Source: an uncultured Verrucomicrobiae bacterium
Lineage (GTDB): Bacteria; Verrucomicrobiota; Verrucomicrobiia; Limisphaerales; JAFGQR01
NCBI GenBank assembly: GCA_963788655.1
Contig: CAWBHS010000059.1
Location: forward strand, 32,001-96,000
DNA: 64,000 bases
Reading direction: 5' to 3'
The notes below the pieces were generated by a model that saw only the letters and a list, made by a program, of their open reading frames with translations, ran no database searches and was not told where the DNA came from. A program made the position numbers and the translations under genes. This document shows, one piece after another, positions 10,579-20,448 of the stretch (positions are counted from its first letter, which is position 1; every line of letters starts with the position of its first letter).

Positions 10579-11463
10579 TCAGACATCACATATCCGCATC
10601 ATCTTATCCAAAGTCTCCAGCGGTTCGCGCGTGGGTGTGTATTCGTGCGCGAGGTAGCCTTGATAGCCCAGGTCCACGATGGCCGTGCAAATCCCCACGT
10701 AGTTCAGTTCCTGGGTGTCATCGAACTCATGGCGTCCGGGATTGCCCGCCGTGTGGAAGTGGCCAATGTATTGGATGTGGTTGCGGATGGTCCGGATGAC
10801 GTCGCCTTCCATGATCTGCATGTGATAAATGTCATACAACAGTTTCACCCGCGGCGAATTGACCCGCTTGCAGACTTCGACGCCCCAGGCCGTGGAATCG
10901 CACATGTAACCCGGATGATTGACTTTGCTGTTCAACAATTCCATGCAGATCGTCACCCCCAGGTCTTCCGCCTGCTGCTTGATGTTGTTTAAAAAGAGCA
11001 CGCTATTGTCCAGGCCCGCTTCGTCGGTAAGTCCCTTCCGGTCACCCGCCAACACAATCACATTGGGCGCGCCGGCATCCGCGGCGGCTTTCAGGAAATC
11101 CCGCATCTTGCGGTCAATGGACGCGTGGTTGTTCTGGTCGTTGATGCCCTGTTTGATGCCGCTGCCGCCGGGAACCATCGTCGGCACCAGGCCATACTTT
11201 TTGAGCACCGGAAACGTGTCCGGCCCTACCAGGTCAATTCCCTGGGCGCCCCATCGCGCCGCCTCGCGACACGTTCCCTCCAGATCCAGTTTGACCCCCC
11301 GAAAGACACCGCGACAGACGGCCTGCTTGAGCCGGCCTTTGCGGGTGACTTTTTCGGAAGCGGCCAGTCCGGTTGCAGGGCGGAGGGCGGCCAGGGCGCT
11401 GACGCCCGCAACGGTGGTTAAGAAATCCCGGCGATGAATTCGTGAAATTGTACTTGTTGCCAT
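10579..11463 (-). CDS. Tat-exported hydroxypyruvate isomerase-like TIM barrel protein
   Basis: Tat motif RRDFL; ELLNSKVNHPGY, LLYDIYHMQIMEGD and HFHTAGNPGRHE. Confidence 0.9.
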   Translation of the reverse strand: MATSTISRIHRRDFLTTVAGVSALAALRPATGLAASEKVTRKGRLKQAVCRGVFRGVKLDLEGTCREAARWGAQGIDLVGPDTFPVLKKYGLVPTMVPGGSGIKQGINDQNNHASIDRKMRDFLKAAADAGAPNVIVLAGDRKGLTDEAGLDNSVLFLNNIKQQAEDLGVTICMELLNSKVNHPGYMCDSTAWGVEVCKRVNSPRVKLLYDIYHMQIMEGDVIRTIRNHIQYIGHFHTAGNPGRHEFDDTQELNYVGICTAIVDLGYQGYLAHEYTPTREPLETLDKMMRICDV

Positions 11464-11647
11464 GTCTGGAGAATAGTGAGGCGAATTCCCCGGCGGCAAG
11501 TCTGCAAAATGGGTATTTGTCGAGGCATTGACAATGCGTCAGGATGCTTTGGCACGAAAGCCAACAATCTTCGTTGATGCGAGCGATTACCGACGACCGA
11601 AAATCGAAATATGGCCGCGTCCTCTCGTTCAAGACCCACGTTCCAAA

Positions 11648-12637
11648 CTGCCGGCAAGATGCCGGCAGCACATTGCGCAACGTGCTGCTGGCGTCCCGCC
11701 GGCAGAACCGAACACGAACTGTGGGTTAAAATTCCCGCCGCACCAGCAAGGCGTTGCAAAAAATGGAACCCCCCTCCCTATTCGATGAGTGGTTGGCGAG
11801 GCGCCAACCACAGCGCCCGGGGCGGGCGCGCTCCCCGAGGGGAATTGAAATGCGCTGGTTTGGTTCGGCAGCCCTTCCTGCAATCGATCTGCCGGCAAGA
11901 TGCCGGCAACACGCTGCGCAACGTGCTGCTGGCGTCCCGCCGGCAGAACCGAACACGAACTGTGGGTTAAATTTCCCGCAGCACCAGCAACGCGTTGCAA
12001 AAAATGGAACCCCCCTCCCTATTCGATGAGTGGTTGGCGAGGCGCCAACCACGGCGCCCGGGGCGGGCGCGCTCCCCGAGGGGAATTGAAATGCGCTGGT
12101 TTGGTTCGGCAGCCCTTCCTGCAATCGATCTGCCGGCAAGATGCCGGCAACACGCTGGCGCAACGTGCTGCTGGCGTCCCGCCGGCAGAACCGAACACGA
12201 ACTGTGGGTTAAAATTCCCGCAGCACCAGCAACGCGTTGCAAAAATGGAACCTCTCTCTCCTTTCCGATGAGTGGTTGGCGAGGCGCCAGCCACGGCGCC
12301 CGGGGCGGGCGCGCTCCCCGAGGGGAATTGAAATGCGCTGGTTTGGTTCGGTAGCCCTTCCTGCAATCGATCTGCCGGCAAGATGCCGGCAGCACGCTGC
12401 GCAACGTGCTGCTGGCGTCCCGCCGGCAGAACCGAACACGAACTGTGGGTTAAAATTCCCACAGCACCAGCAACGTGTTGCAAAAAATGGAATCCCCTCC
12501 TTATTCGTTGAGTGGTTGGCGAGGCGCCAGCCACAGCGCCCGGGGCGGGCGCGCTCCCCGAGGGGAATTGAAATGCGCTGGTTTGGTTCGGTAGCCCTTC
12601 CTGCATTCGATCTGCCGGCAAGATGCCGGCAGCACGC
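11648..12637. repeat. Tandem array of ~241-bp composite palindromic units (4 full copies + partial)
   Basis: Unit start ctgccggcaagatgccggca occurs at 11648, 11889, 12130, 12372 and 12612; units are nearly identical. Confidence 0.95.
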
Positions 12638-12644
12638 TAACATG

Positions 12645-13211
12645 TTAACGCGGAAAACCTTGTTTGATCACCGCGTCCATACCCACTTCCACGGGGGTTT
12701 GTCGTCCCAGGAATTCGAGCAGGACCATGACGCGCTGGCGACCAGGCATGACTTTGGTGATGACAGCTTCCAAACCTTGAAACGGATCGACCAGAACCTT
12801 CACCGTATCGCCGGGAACCATTTCGTCCGGGATCACGTGGAGTTCATTTTCTCCGAGCATCGCGCGCAGTTCTTCGAGAACCTGATCCGGAATGATGGGC
12901 CACTTGGTGCCGAAATGGACCACGGTTTTCACCCCCGGCGCATAGTTCACCCGCGCCAGCGACGTGTTGAAGTCAAACCGGGCGAACAGGTAGCCGGGAA
13001 ACATGGCTTCGGTGACCCACACCTTGCCCTGCCGCGTGGCGCGGCGAAAGCGGAGTCGCGGCACCAGCACTTCCACCGCTTCCATCTGCCGCAAGTGTTC
13101 GGCGGCAATGTGTTCGTGCTTCGGCTGCGACCGAAGGCAGAACCAGGCGATCAACGGCTTTGGATTCGCGGACTCAATTGAATTGTTGCCCGTATTGGGG
13201 GTCCATTCCAT
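12645..13211 (-). CDS. NusG/RfaH-family transcription antiterminator
   Basis: WFCLRSQPKHE, EAMFPGYLFARF and the KOW region DPFQGLEAVI...RVMVLLEFLGRQ. Confidence 0.9.
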   Translation of the reverse strand: MEWTPNTGNNSIESANPKPLIAWFCLRSQPKHEHIAAEHLRQMEAVEVLVPRLRFRRATRQGKVWVTEAMFPGYLFARFDFNTSLARVNYAPGVKTVVHFGTKWPIIPDQVLEELRAMLGENELHVIPDEMVPGDTVKVLVDPFQGLEAVITKVMPGRQRVMVLLEFLGRQTPVEVGMDAVIKQGFPR

Positions 13212-13414
13212 GTCCGGACTTTACGTAACCGGCTCCGCTCGTCCAATCTCAAACTGAAAATCTGTGCGTTCGAGTGGAGATCAATGATGAATTGTTTCGC
13301 CGGTTACGAGCGAGGAAGGACAATCCGGCTGAGGTCGCCGCGCCGGACCCAGTTCCGCCGCCGCGCGAGCCCTGCCTTGTCTTTCCGCGCAATTCGGGCA
13401 AGCTGCGGGCGTTG

Positions 13415-15109
13415 ATGACTTCCAAACACAAACGGCGGGCGCGCGGTCGTTACGCAGCGGTGCTCCTGGCCGGAGTGCTCTGGGCATTGTCGTTTCCCAA
13501 GCCCAGCATTGCCGGCTTTGCGTGGGTGGCGCCGGGCCTGATGTTGGCGGCGGCGTTGGGGACTGATGGCCGCTCCGCCTTTCGGCTGGGTTACTTGACG
13601 GGTTTGATTTATCACCTGATTTCCCTGTATTGGCTGCTGCTGATTCCCATTCAACTGGAACCCGGCACCAGTTGGCTGACGGGCCACCTTTACAAAATCG
13701 GTCCGGTCGTAGGCTGGCTGGCGTTGAGTGGATTCCTGGCACTATATCCAGGCAGTTGGGTCTGGCTGTGCTGGCGCCTTTATCCGGCCCATTTTGACAG
13801 CACAGGAACGGATACGACTCCATTGGTGGACCAATTTCTGCGCGCCGGACGGGTGCAACGCATGAGCTGGACAGTGGCTTGCGCGGCCCTGTGGGTGGCG
13901 TGGGAAATGATCCAGGCGCGCTTCCTGAGCGGATTTCCCTGGAACCTGCTCGGCGCCTCCCAATACCAAATGCTGCCCATCATCCAAATCGCTTCGATCA
14001 CGGGCGTGTATGGCGTGGCGTTCCTGATGGTCTGGTTTTCAGTGTCGCTGATCGGCGCCGGCGCGCTCATGTTGCGTCAACCGGTTCGCCGGGAAAGCTG
14101 GATGCTTGAACTGATGCTGCCCCTGCTGGGCGTGGCGGGCGTGGTGACCTTCGGCATGCACAAGCTGCGTGAGCCCCAACCGGCCGAAGGCAAGCTCACC
14201 GTGGCGCTCATTCAACCGAGCATCCCGCAGACGTTGATCTGGGAACCCGCGGCGGCTCAGGAACGGTTTCGCAAGGTGATCCAATTGTCGGAACAAGCCC
14301 TCACGAAGGGACATCCCGAACTGCTGGTGTGGCCGGAAGCCGCCGTGCCCGGCTTTGCGCGCTGGAGCACGAACGCCTATGACGCCATCACCAATCTCGT
14401 CCGCCAGCACGAGGTGTGGATGATCCTGGGCTCGGACGATGTGGCCCGCGCCGAACATCCGGAATCCAGCGAGGACTACGTGTATTTCAACAGCGCGTTC
14501 CTGGTTCGGCCGGACGGTGAGTTCGTGGCCGATTACCGGAAACGCAAGTTGGTGATCTTCGGCGAGTATGTGCCGCTGGGCCGCGTGCTGCCGTTCTTGA
14601 AGTATTTCACGCCGATCAGCGGCGGCTTCACGCCGGGCCAACGTCCGATTCCGTTTGTGCTGCCCGATCTCGGCGTCAGGACTTCGGTGTTGATTTGTTT
14701 TGAGGACGTGTTTCCGCAGCTCGTGCGGGAGTATGTGGATGACCAAACCGATTTCCTGATGAACCTGACCAACGACGGCTGGTTCGACGAGAGCGCCGCG
14801 CAATGGCAACACGCGGGCAGTGCCGCGCTCCGGGCCATCGAGAACGGTCTGCCGCTGGTGCGCTGCGCCAACAATGGACTGAGTTGTTGGGTCGATGCGT
14901 GCGGCCGCCTGCACGACGTCGATTTTCCAGGGACCAAAGACATTTACGGCGCCGGTTACAAACTGGTCACCGTGCCCACTCTGGCCGGCGCCAAACACGA
15001 CCTGACGATCTACACACGTTACGGCGATTGGTTCGGCTGGAGTTGCGTGGGACTGACGGGCGTCCTGTTGGCGAGCCATTGGGTCTCGCGCCGCCGCCAA
15101 CCGGCCTGA
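13415..15109 (+). CDS. lnt: Apolipoprotein N-acyltransferase
   Basis: GFPWNLLG, WPEAA, YRKRKLVIFGEYVP, ICFED, NLTNDGWF and RAIENG. Confidence 0.95.
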   Translation: MTSKHKRRARGRYAAVLLAGVLWALSFPKPSIAGFAWVAPGLMLAAALGTDGRSAFRLGYLTGLIYHLISLYWLLLIPIQLEPGTSWLTGHLYKIGPVVGWLALSGFLALYPGSWVWLCWRLYPAHFDSTGTDTTPLVDQFLRAGRVQRMSWTVACAALWVAWEMIQARFLSGFPWNLLGASQYQMLPIIQIASITGVYGVAFLMVWFSVSLIGAGALMLRQPVRRESWMLELMLPLLGVAGVVTFGMHKLREPQPAEGKLTVALIQPSIPQTLIWEPAAAQERFRKVIQLSEQALTKGHPELLVWPEAAVPGFARWSTNAYDAITNLVRQHEVWMILGSDDVARAEHPESSEDYVYFNSAFLVRPDGEFVADYRKRKLVIFGEYVPLGRVLPFLKYFTPISGGFTPGQRPIPFVLPDLGVRTSVLICFEDVFPQLVREYVDDQTDFLMNLTNDGWFDESAAQWQHAGSAALRAIENGLPLVRCANNGLSCWVDACGRLHDVDFPGTKDIYGAGYKLVTVPTLAGAKHDLTIYTRYGDWFGWSCVGLTGVLLASHWVSRRRQPA

Positions 15110-15329
15110 GCCGTATGTAGGCAGCTACTCCAACTGAATGGGTAGAGCTTAACCCGTATCCATGCAGTAGCCGGAGTAGTCACAAGACGATTCAGTAACG
15201 TAGGACCGGCTTAAACCGCAGCTCCGAGAACGCGCCCGAACCGAAAGGCAAGGCGGTGGCGATCACCTTCGACGGGCCGGTCCAGAGCTTTTACTCGACG
15301 CTGGCGGGACATTCACTCATTCCTTTCGA

Positions 15330-15840
15330 CGTGGCAGCCGAGGTAACGAGGCTCAAATCCCATGAGGAACGAATCAATTCCAGAGCCTCCTCACGTCGGC
15401 TGCTACTCTTCCGAGGGCGGGCGGCAAGTGCGGGCTGTTCCGGCACGAGTCCACGGAGGGGCGGGGCCGCTTGATCCTCTTCTTCCCCGATGAACATTCC
15501 AGCGCGGAGACGCGATACCACTTCGAAGAGTTGGTCTTGGCCCACGCCTGGCTGAGTCCTGGCAGGGACTTGCGAGAATGGCCCAGCGTTTCAACGCTGG
15601 GAATGAGGCGCAGTATGGAGCAGAGTCCCGAACGGGACGACAGAGAAGAGTGACTGGAAAACCCCGCCATTCTACTTCCCTCCCTGCCGGGACTCGCTTT
15701 GTGTTCAACGGCGGCCCCACCGTCGATCTGAAGCTGTTCCTGCCGAGGGCGCGAGCTGCGGGCATCTGAGATCTTCGGATTACTCGTATGTGGTTGGCGA
15801 GGCGCCTACCGCGGCGCCCGGGGCGGGCGCGCTCCCCTTC
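15330..15840. repeat. Cluster of REP-like palindromes
   Basis: Inverted pair gtggcagccgaggtaacgaggctc / gagcctcctcacgtcggctgctac (relative at ~10486-10560); cccagcgtttcaacgctggg; family-C element at 15791-15836. Confidence 0.65.
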
Positions 15841-15849
15841 TCGTCCGGG

Positions 15850-17938
15850 TTACGCCGATTGTGGCGCCGGTTGGAGAGCGGTGGGCGCTTCGCGTTTTTC
15901 GCCATCAGTGGGCGGGCCAGCGGACGCGCCACCTTGATACGGCTCCAGTTCTTCGCCCTGGCGCACCAAGCGGGCACTGTTGAAGATGACCATCAGCGAG
16001 CCGGTGTTTTGCAGCACAGCGGCCACGATGGGATTGATTTTGCCGAAGGCCGCCAAAGCCAAACCGCCAATAATGAAGGCCACGCCCAACAGGAAGTTCT
16101 GGTTGATCACCGAGCGGGTGCTGCGCGACAGCCGCACCAGGAACGGCAGGCGGCGCAGATCATTGTTCATCAGCGCGATGGTGGCGCTGTGAATGGCCAC
16201 TTCGCTGCCGGCGGCGCCCATCGCGATGCCGATGTCGCCGGCGGCCAACATGGGCGCGTCGTTCACGCCGTCGCCGACCACGGCCACCCGGTAGCCTTTC
16301 GACTTAGTGCGGTTGACAAAATCGACCTTGTTCTGCGGCAGGCATTCGCCCACGACTTCCTCGCAGCCGATCTCTTTCGCCACGCGGGTCGCCACCGGTT
16401 GACGGTCGCCGGACACCATGGCCACACGGCGGACACCGGCTTCTTTGAGCGCGGCCAGCGACTCACGCGCTTCGGAGCGCGTCTGATCCTGCAGGCCAAC
16501 CCAGCCGAGGCATTTGCCCTCACGCGCCACGAAGATCAGGCTGAAGCCTTCGGTTTCGTTCAGGTCCACCGACTTCAGGAAATCTTCGGTCACGTGATTG
16601 TCCTGCAGCCATTGCGCCCGGCCTACCAGGACCGGCGTGTCTTCCACGCTCGCCTGGATGCCGCGTCCGGCCGTTTCGGCAAAATCCTTCGGTTCAGCCA
16701 GCGGCACGCCCGCCTCGCCGGCCAGTTGAGCCAGCGCTTTGGCCGTGGGATGGTTGCTGTATTTTTCCGCGGAGGCGGCCACCCGCAGCAATTCGGCCGG
16801 CGCGACCCCTTCGGCGGGAGCCAGCCGGCTGACCGCCAATCGGCCAGTGGTGATCGTGCCGGTTTTATCGAACACAAACGCAGTTGATGCGCGCGGCAAA
16901 TTCAATGTCGCTGACGTTTTTGATCAAAATCCCCAAACGCGCCGCCGCGGAAAGCGCCGCCACCATGGCCGTGGGCGTCGCCAGAATGAACGCTCACGGA
17001 CAGGCGACAATGAGCACGGAGATCACGCGGTTGAGATCCTTGGTGAACGCCCACACCAACGCGCCCATCACCAGCACCATGGGCGTGTAATAGACCATGT
17101 ATTGGTCGATGATGCGCATGATCGGCAGCTTGGTTTTCTCGGCGGCGAGAATGAGTTCGCGCACGCGGCCCAACGTGGTTTCCTGGCCGGCGCGGCTGAC
17201 TTTGATTTCGAGCACGCCGGTAAGGTTCTGCGTGCCGGCAAAGACTTCGTCGCCGGGCTTCTTGTCCACCGGCAACGATTCGCCGGTGATGTTGGCCTGG
17301 TTGAACGAGCCTTGTCCGGTGACGATGACGCCGTCGGCGGCCACGTTGTCACCGGGGCGAATGCGGATCGTGTCGCCGACTGCCAGGTCTTTGGCGGCCA
17401 CTTCCTCTTCGCCGCTGGCGGTCAGGCGCCGGGCTTTGGTAGGCGTCAGTTTGATGAGCGATTCGATGGAGGCGCGCGCGCCTTCGGCGGTGCGGTTCTC
17501 GATGATCTCGCCGATCAACATGAGGAACGCCACCACGCCGGCGGTCTTGTAATCGCCGGAGGCAAACGCGGCGAGCACGGCGAGCCCCACCAGTTCGTTG
17601 ATGCTGACGATGCCGCGCTGGAGATCTTTGAGCGCCTTCAATACCACCGGGTAACCGAGGAGAATGGCGCCAATCATGGCGCTGGCGCCGGCGACCATGC
17701 TGCCTCCGTGAAACAGGCCTTTGAGATTGCTGGCTTGCTCGCCAAAACTCGGACCTTGCGGCAGCAGCCAGTCCGCAATGTAGGCGTTGATCACGAACAG
17801 CACGCCGATCAGCGTTTGTTTCAGGCGGATGGGCGCGTGTTTTTCGCCGCGGCCGCAAACCGAACAGGAGCCGTCCGGCCCGAGGTGATCATGAACATGC
17901 TCGGCGGCCGAGTGGGAGAGTGAGGTCGTGGTGGGCAT
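15850..17938 (-). CDS. P1B-type heavy-metal translocating ATPase (frameshifts near 16995 and 16890)
   Basis: TGES, ACP, DKTGT, NHP and GDGVNDAP; His/Cys-rich N-terminus. Confidence 0.92.
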
Positions 17939-18049
17939 ACGGATCAAAGGTTTTGGTGGGCGGAAGCGGTTCTTTCAACTCTGGATGACGACGTGCAGAG
18001 TTTGGCAGATACAGAAGTATTCGTGGCTCGCGAATTGGCGGACGGTTCC

Positions 18050-18230
18050 ATTCCCCTCTCCCTGGCCCTCTCCCTGGGGGAGAGGGGAACGCCGGCGGCA
18101 CGCTCAGGAAAATGGACCGCCCATTGGCCGGAGGCTGGTTGTCGTTTTTCGATCAGCTTCGAGACACCACCAATGCGCCGAATGATTCTCCCGCTCCCCC
18201 AGGGAGAGGGCTGGGGGGAGGGGGAAGGAG
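18050..18230. repeat. Pair of cccctctccc...gggagaggg REP-like palindromes
   Basis: cccctctccctggccctctccctgggggagagggga and the inverted ctcccccagggagagggctggggggagggg; a related copy lies inside intI-B at ~35397. Confidence 0.7.
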
Positions 18231-18355
18231 ATGTGCGCAAACCCGGAAGAAAGGATTCACCCAAGCGGCTGAAAAGTTCGAGCGACTTTAGACCGTTCAT
18301 CGGTTCAAGGCCCCGGCTTTCCCGAAAGCAATCGACCGGGTTGATTCGACAATCC

Positions 18356-19480
18356 CTAGTGTTCATGACCAGTCTCCACTTCGGCGGATTTGGGCTTGGG
18401 CGGTTCGCGATTGAGCAACAGCCGCAACTCGCGCGGCTTGCCGTCCAGCCGTTCCTGGATCATCATTTTCTCGGTCACGTTGGTGAACACCGCTTCCAGC
18501 CCCTGGGCATACAGCAAGTCCATGAAGAGCTGCGGATTCTTTCGGTATTCGGGTAACAGGTCGGTAAAGCGTTTGGCTTCGGCGGCGACTTGTTCGACCA
18601 TGCCTTTACGTTCGGCCTCCGCCGTGTTCACGCGGGCCTGGGAATCGGCTTTGGCTTGGCTCATCGTTTTCGTTTCGTACGAGCGGGCATCGCTCAGGGC
18701 GCTGCTCTTTTTGACTTCCGCGTCCAACACCCGCTCGAAATCCGCGGTCAATTGCCGCGGCGCAATGACCTCGGCGGACAACTGGTCCACGGCAATGTCG
18801 AGTTTCTGTTCGGCGATCAATTGGTCCAGCCGCTGAGTCACCTTTTCCCGGAACGGCGTGATGTCCCGCGTGACCTCGACCGTGCTCTGCACCGCGGCGA
18901 AATTCAGGGCGTTGTTCAGGGCGTTTTGCACCAGGTTCGAGGCGTTCGCCAATTCGAACACGTAACGCAAGCCCGGTTCGGCGATGCGATAACGCAATGT
19001 GGCCCGCGCATGAACGATGCTGCCATCGCCGGTCAGCACGTAGCCTTCGGTAATCGGGTTTAGCGTTCTGCCGGGAGGCGGTTCATTTTTCGCGGCTTCC
19101 ATGGCGGGGGTCGTGTCGTACCAGCCCACGGTCGAACTGAGGGTTTGCACTTCGCCCACTGGGATATGCACGACTTCATCTATCGGATAAGGAAACGCCC
19201 AATGCGGACCGGGTCCCAGCAAGGCGCTTTCGTCCGTGCCCACCGGTTTGCCAAAGCGGAGGATGATGGCCTTCTCCTGCGGCTGGACGGTGAAAAATCC
19301 GGAGCCCAGAAACACCACCACCAGCACCACCATCAGAATCTTGATGATGAAAAAACTGCTGCGCAACGCGTCCGACAGCGCCTGGGCCGACGAATCGTCC
19401 CGGCTCGCCGGGGGCAGCGATTCCGGCGCGGGCGCGGGCGACGCGGGCCGAGGTGACAATGGATCTTTGGGGTCGCTCAT
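18356..19480 (-). CDS. hflK: SPFH domain protein, HflK-like
   Basis: SGFFTVQPQEKAIILRFGK, PGPHWAFPYPIDEV and AEAKRFTDLLPEYRKNP. Confidence 0.85.
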   Translation of the reverse strand: MSDPKDPLSPRPASPAPAPESLPPASRDDSSAQALSDALRSSFFIIKILMVVLVVVFLGSGFFTVQPQEKAIILRFGKPVGTDESALLGPGPHWAFPYPIDEVVHIPVGEVQTLSSTVGWYDTTPAMEAAKNEPPPGRTLNPITEGYVLTGDGSIVHARATLRYRIAEPGLRYVFELANASNLVQNALNNALNFAAVQSTVEVTRDITPFREKVTQRLDQLIAEQKLDIAVDQLSAEVIAPRQLTADFERVLDAEVKKSSALSDARSYETKTMSQAKADSQARVNTAEAERKGMVEQVAAEAKRFTDLLPEYRKNPQLFMDLLYAQGLEAVFTNVTEKMMIQERLDGKPRELRLLLNREPPKPKSAEVETGHEH

Positions 19481-19482
19481 GG

Positions 19483-20448
19483 CTATTGGGCAATCGGTTT
19501 CACCGGCGTCGAGGCGGGTGGTGAATTGGACAGCGCGTTGGCGGTTGCCGGTGCGAGCGGACCTTTGAGCAGGTTCAACGGCGACGTCTGGGAGTCGAGG
19601 ATCAGCACCGCCTTGTCCTTGACGAACGATTCCAACGCGCGCAGTCGCAGGATGAAATTCGCCAGTTCGGGATCCTGTTTGTAAATTTCAAACGACTTGG
19701 CGGCCTCGCTTTCGCCTTGGGCACGAATGCGCGTGGCCTGGGCATCGGCATTGGCGAGCATCTTGGCGCTTTCGGCATCGGCGGCGGAGCGGATGTCGCT
19801 CGCCTGGCGTTCGCCTTCCGACTGGATTTTGCTGACCTGGAGTTGCCGTTCCTTGCGCATTTGCTCGAAGACCGATTCGGTGACGCTTTCGGGCAAGCCC
19901 AGCTTGCGAATGCCGAGGAAGTTCACCACGATACCGTAATTGTTGGTGCGCACGCCGCCCTGCACGCGGGCCAGCATTTCCTGTTCGATCTGGGTGAATT
20001 TGAGTGTTTTGACATCGGCGGAAACCAGGTCCGAAAACGGATGCTGCCCCACCACGCTGCTGAACGTGTTCCGCACCAAGTCGCCCAGGCTTTCTTCAGC
20101 GCGGGAAATCGAATCGCCAAACCGCGGGAAGAACAGTTTTGGCTCGCTGATTTGCCAGCCCACATACACGGAAACCAGCAGACTGTATTGGTCGGCGGTC
20201 AGTACTTGCTCGAACTTGCTCTCGAGGCTGTGCGTTCGTTGGTCGAATTTGTAAACCTTTTGGATCGGCCACGGCCATTTCAAATGGGGACCGGGACCGG
20301 CATCCCGCGTGGCTTTGCCAAAGGTCGTCACAATGGCCACCTGGCTCTTGCGCACTTGGAAGACGAAGAGCAGCAGCAGAAACACAATCATCAGCAGCAC
20401 GCCGACAACGATGGTTAAAGGATTTCGTTTCATAGCCTTGAAATTCAT
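19483..20448 (-). CDS. hflC: SPFH domain protein, HflC-like
   Basis: AIVTTFGK, PGPHLKWPWPIQKV, VFEQMRKER and IRAQGESEAA. Confidence 0.88.
   Translation of the reverse strand: MNFKAMKRNPLTIVVGVLLMIVFLLLLFVFQVRKSQVAIVTTFGKATRDAGPGPHLKWPWPIQKVYKFDQRTHSLESKFEQVLTADQYSLLVSVYVGWQISEPKLFFPRFGDSISRAEESLGDLVRNTFSSVVGQHPFSDLVSADVKTLKFTQIEQEMLARVQGGVRTNNYGIVVNFLGIRKLGLPESVTESVFEQMRKERQLQVSKIQSEGERQASDIRSAADAESAKMLANADAQATRIRAQGESEAAKSFEIYKQDPELANFILRLRALESFVKDKAVLILDSQTSPLNLLKGPLAPATANALSNSPPASTPVKPIAQ

Noticed and set aside
11648..12637. Possible CRISPR array for the I-E system
   Set aside because: The whole 241-bp unit repeats, with no unique spacers and no ~29-bp I-E repeat. No array is visible in the window; it probably lies beyond position 1.
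15108..15140. gagccgtatg resembling the start of group II intron domain V
   Set aside because: The complementary acgtacggttc arm and domain VI are absent.
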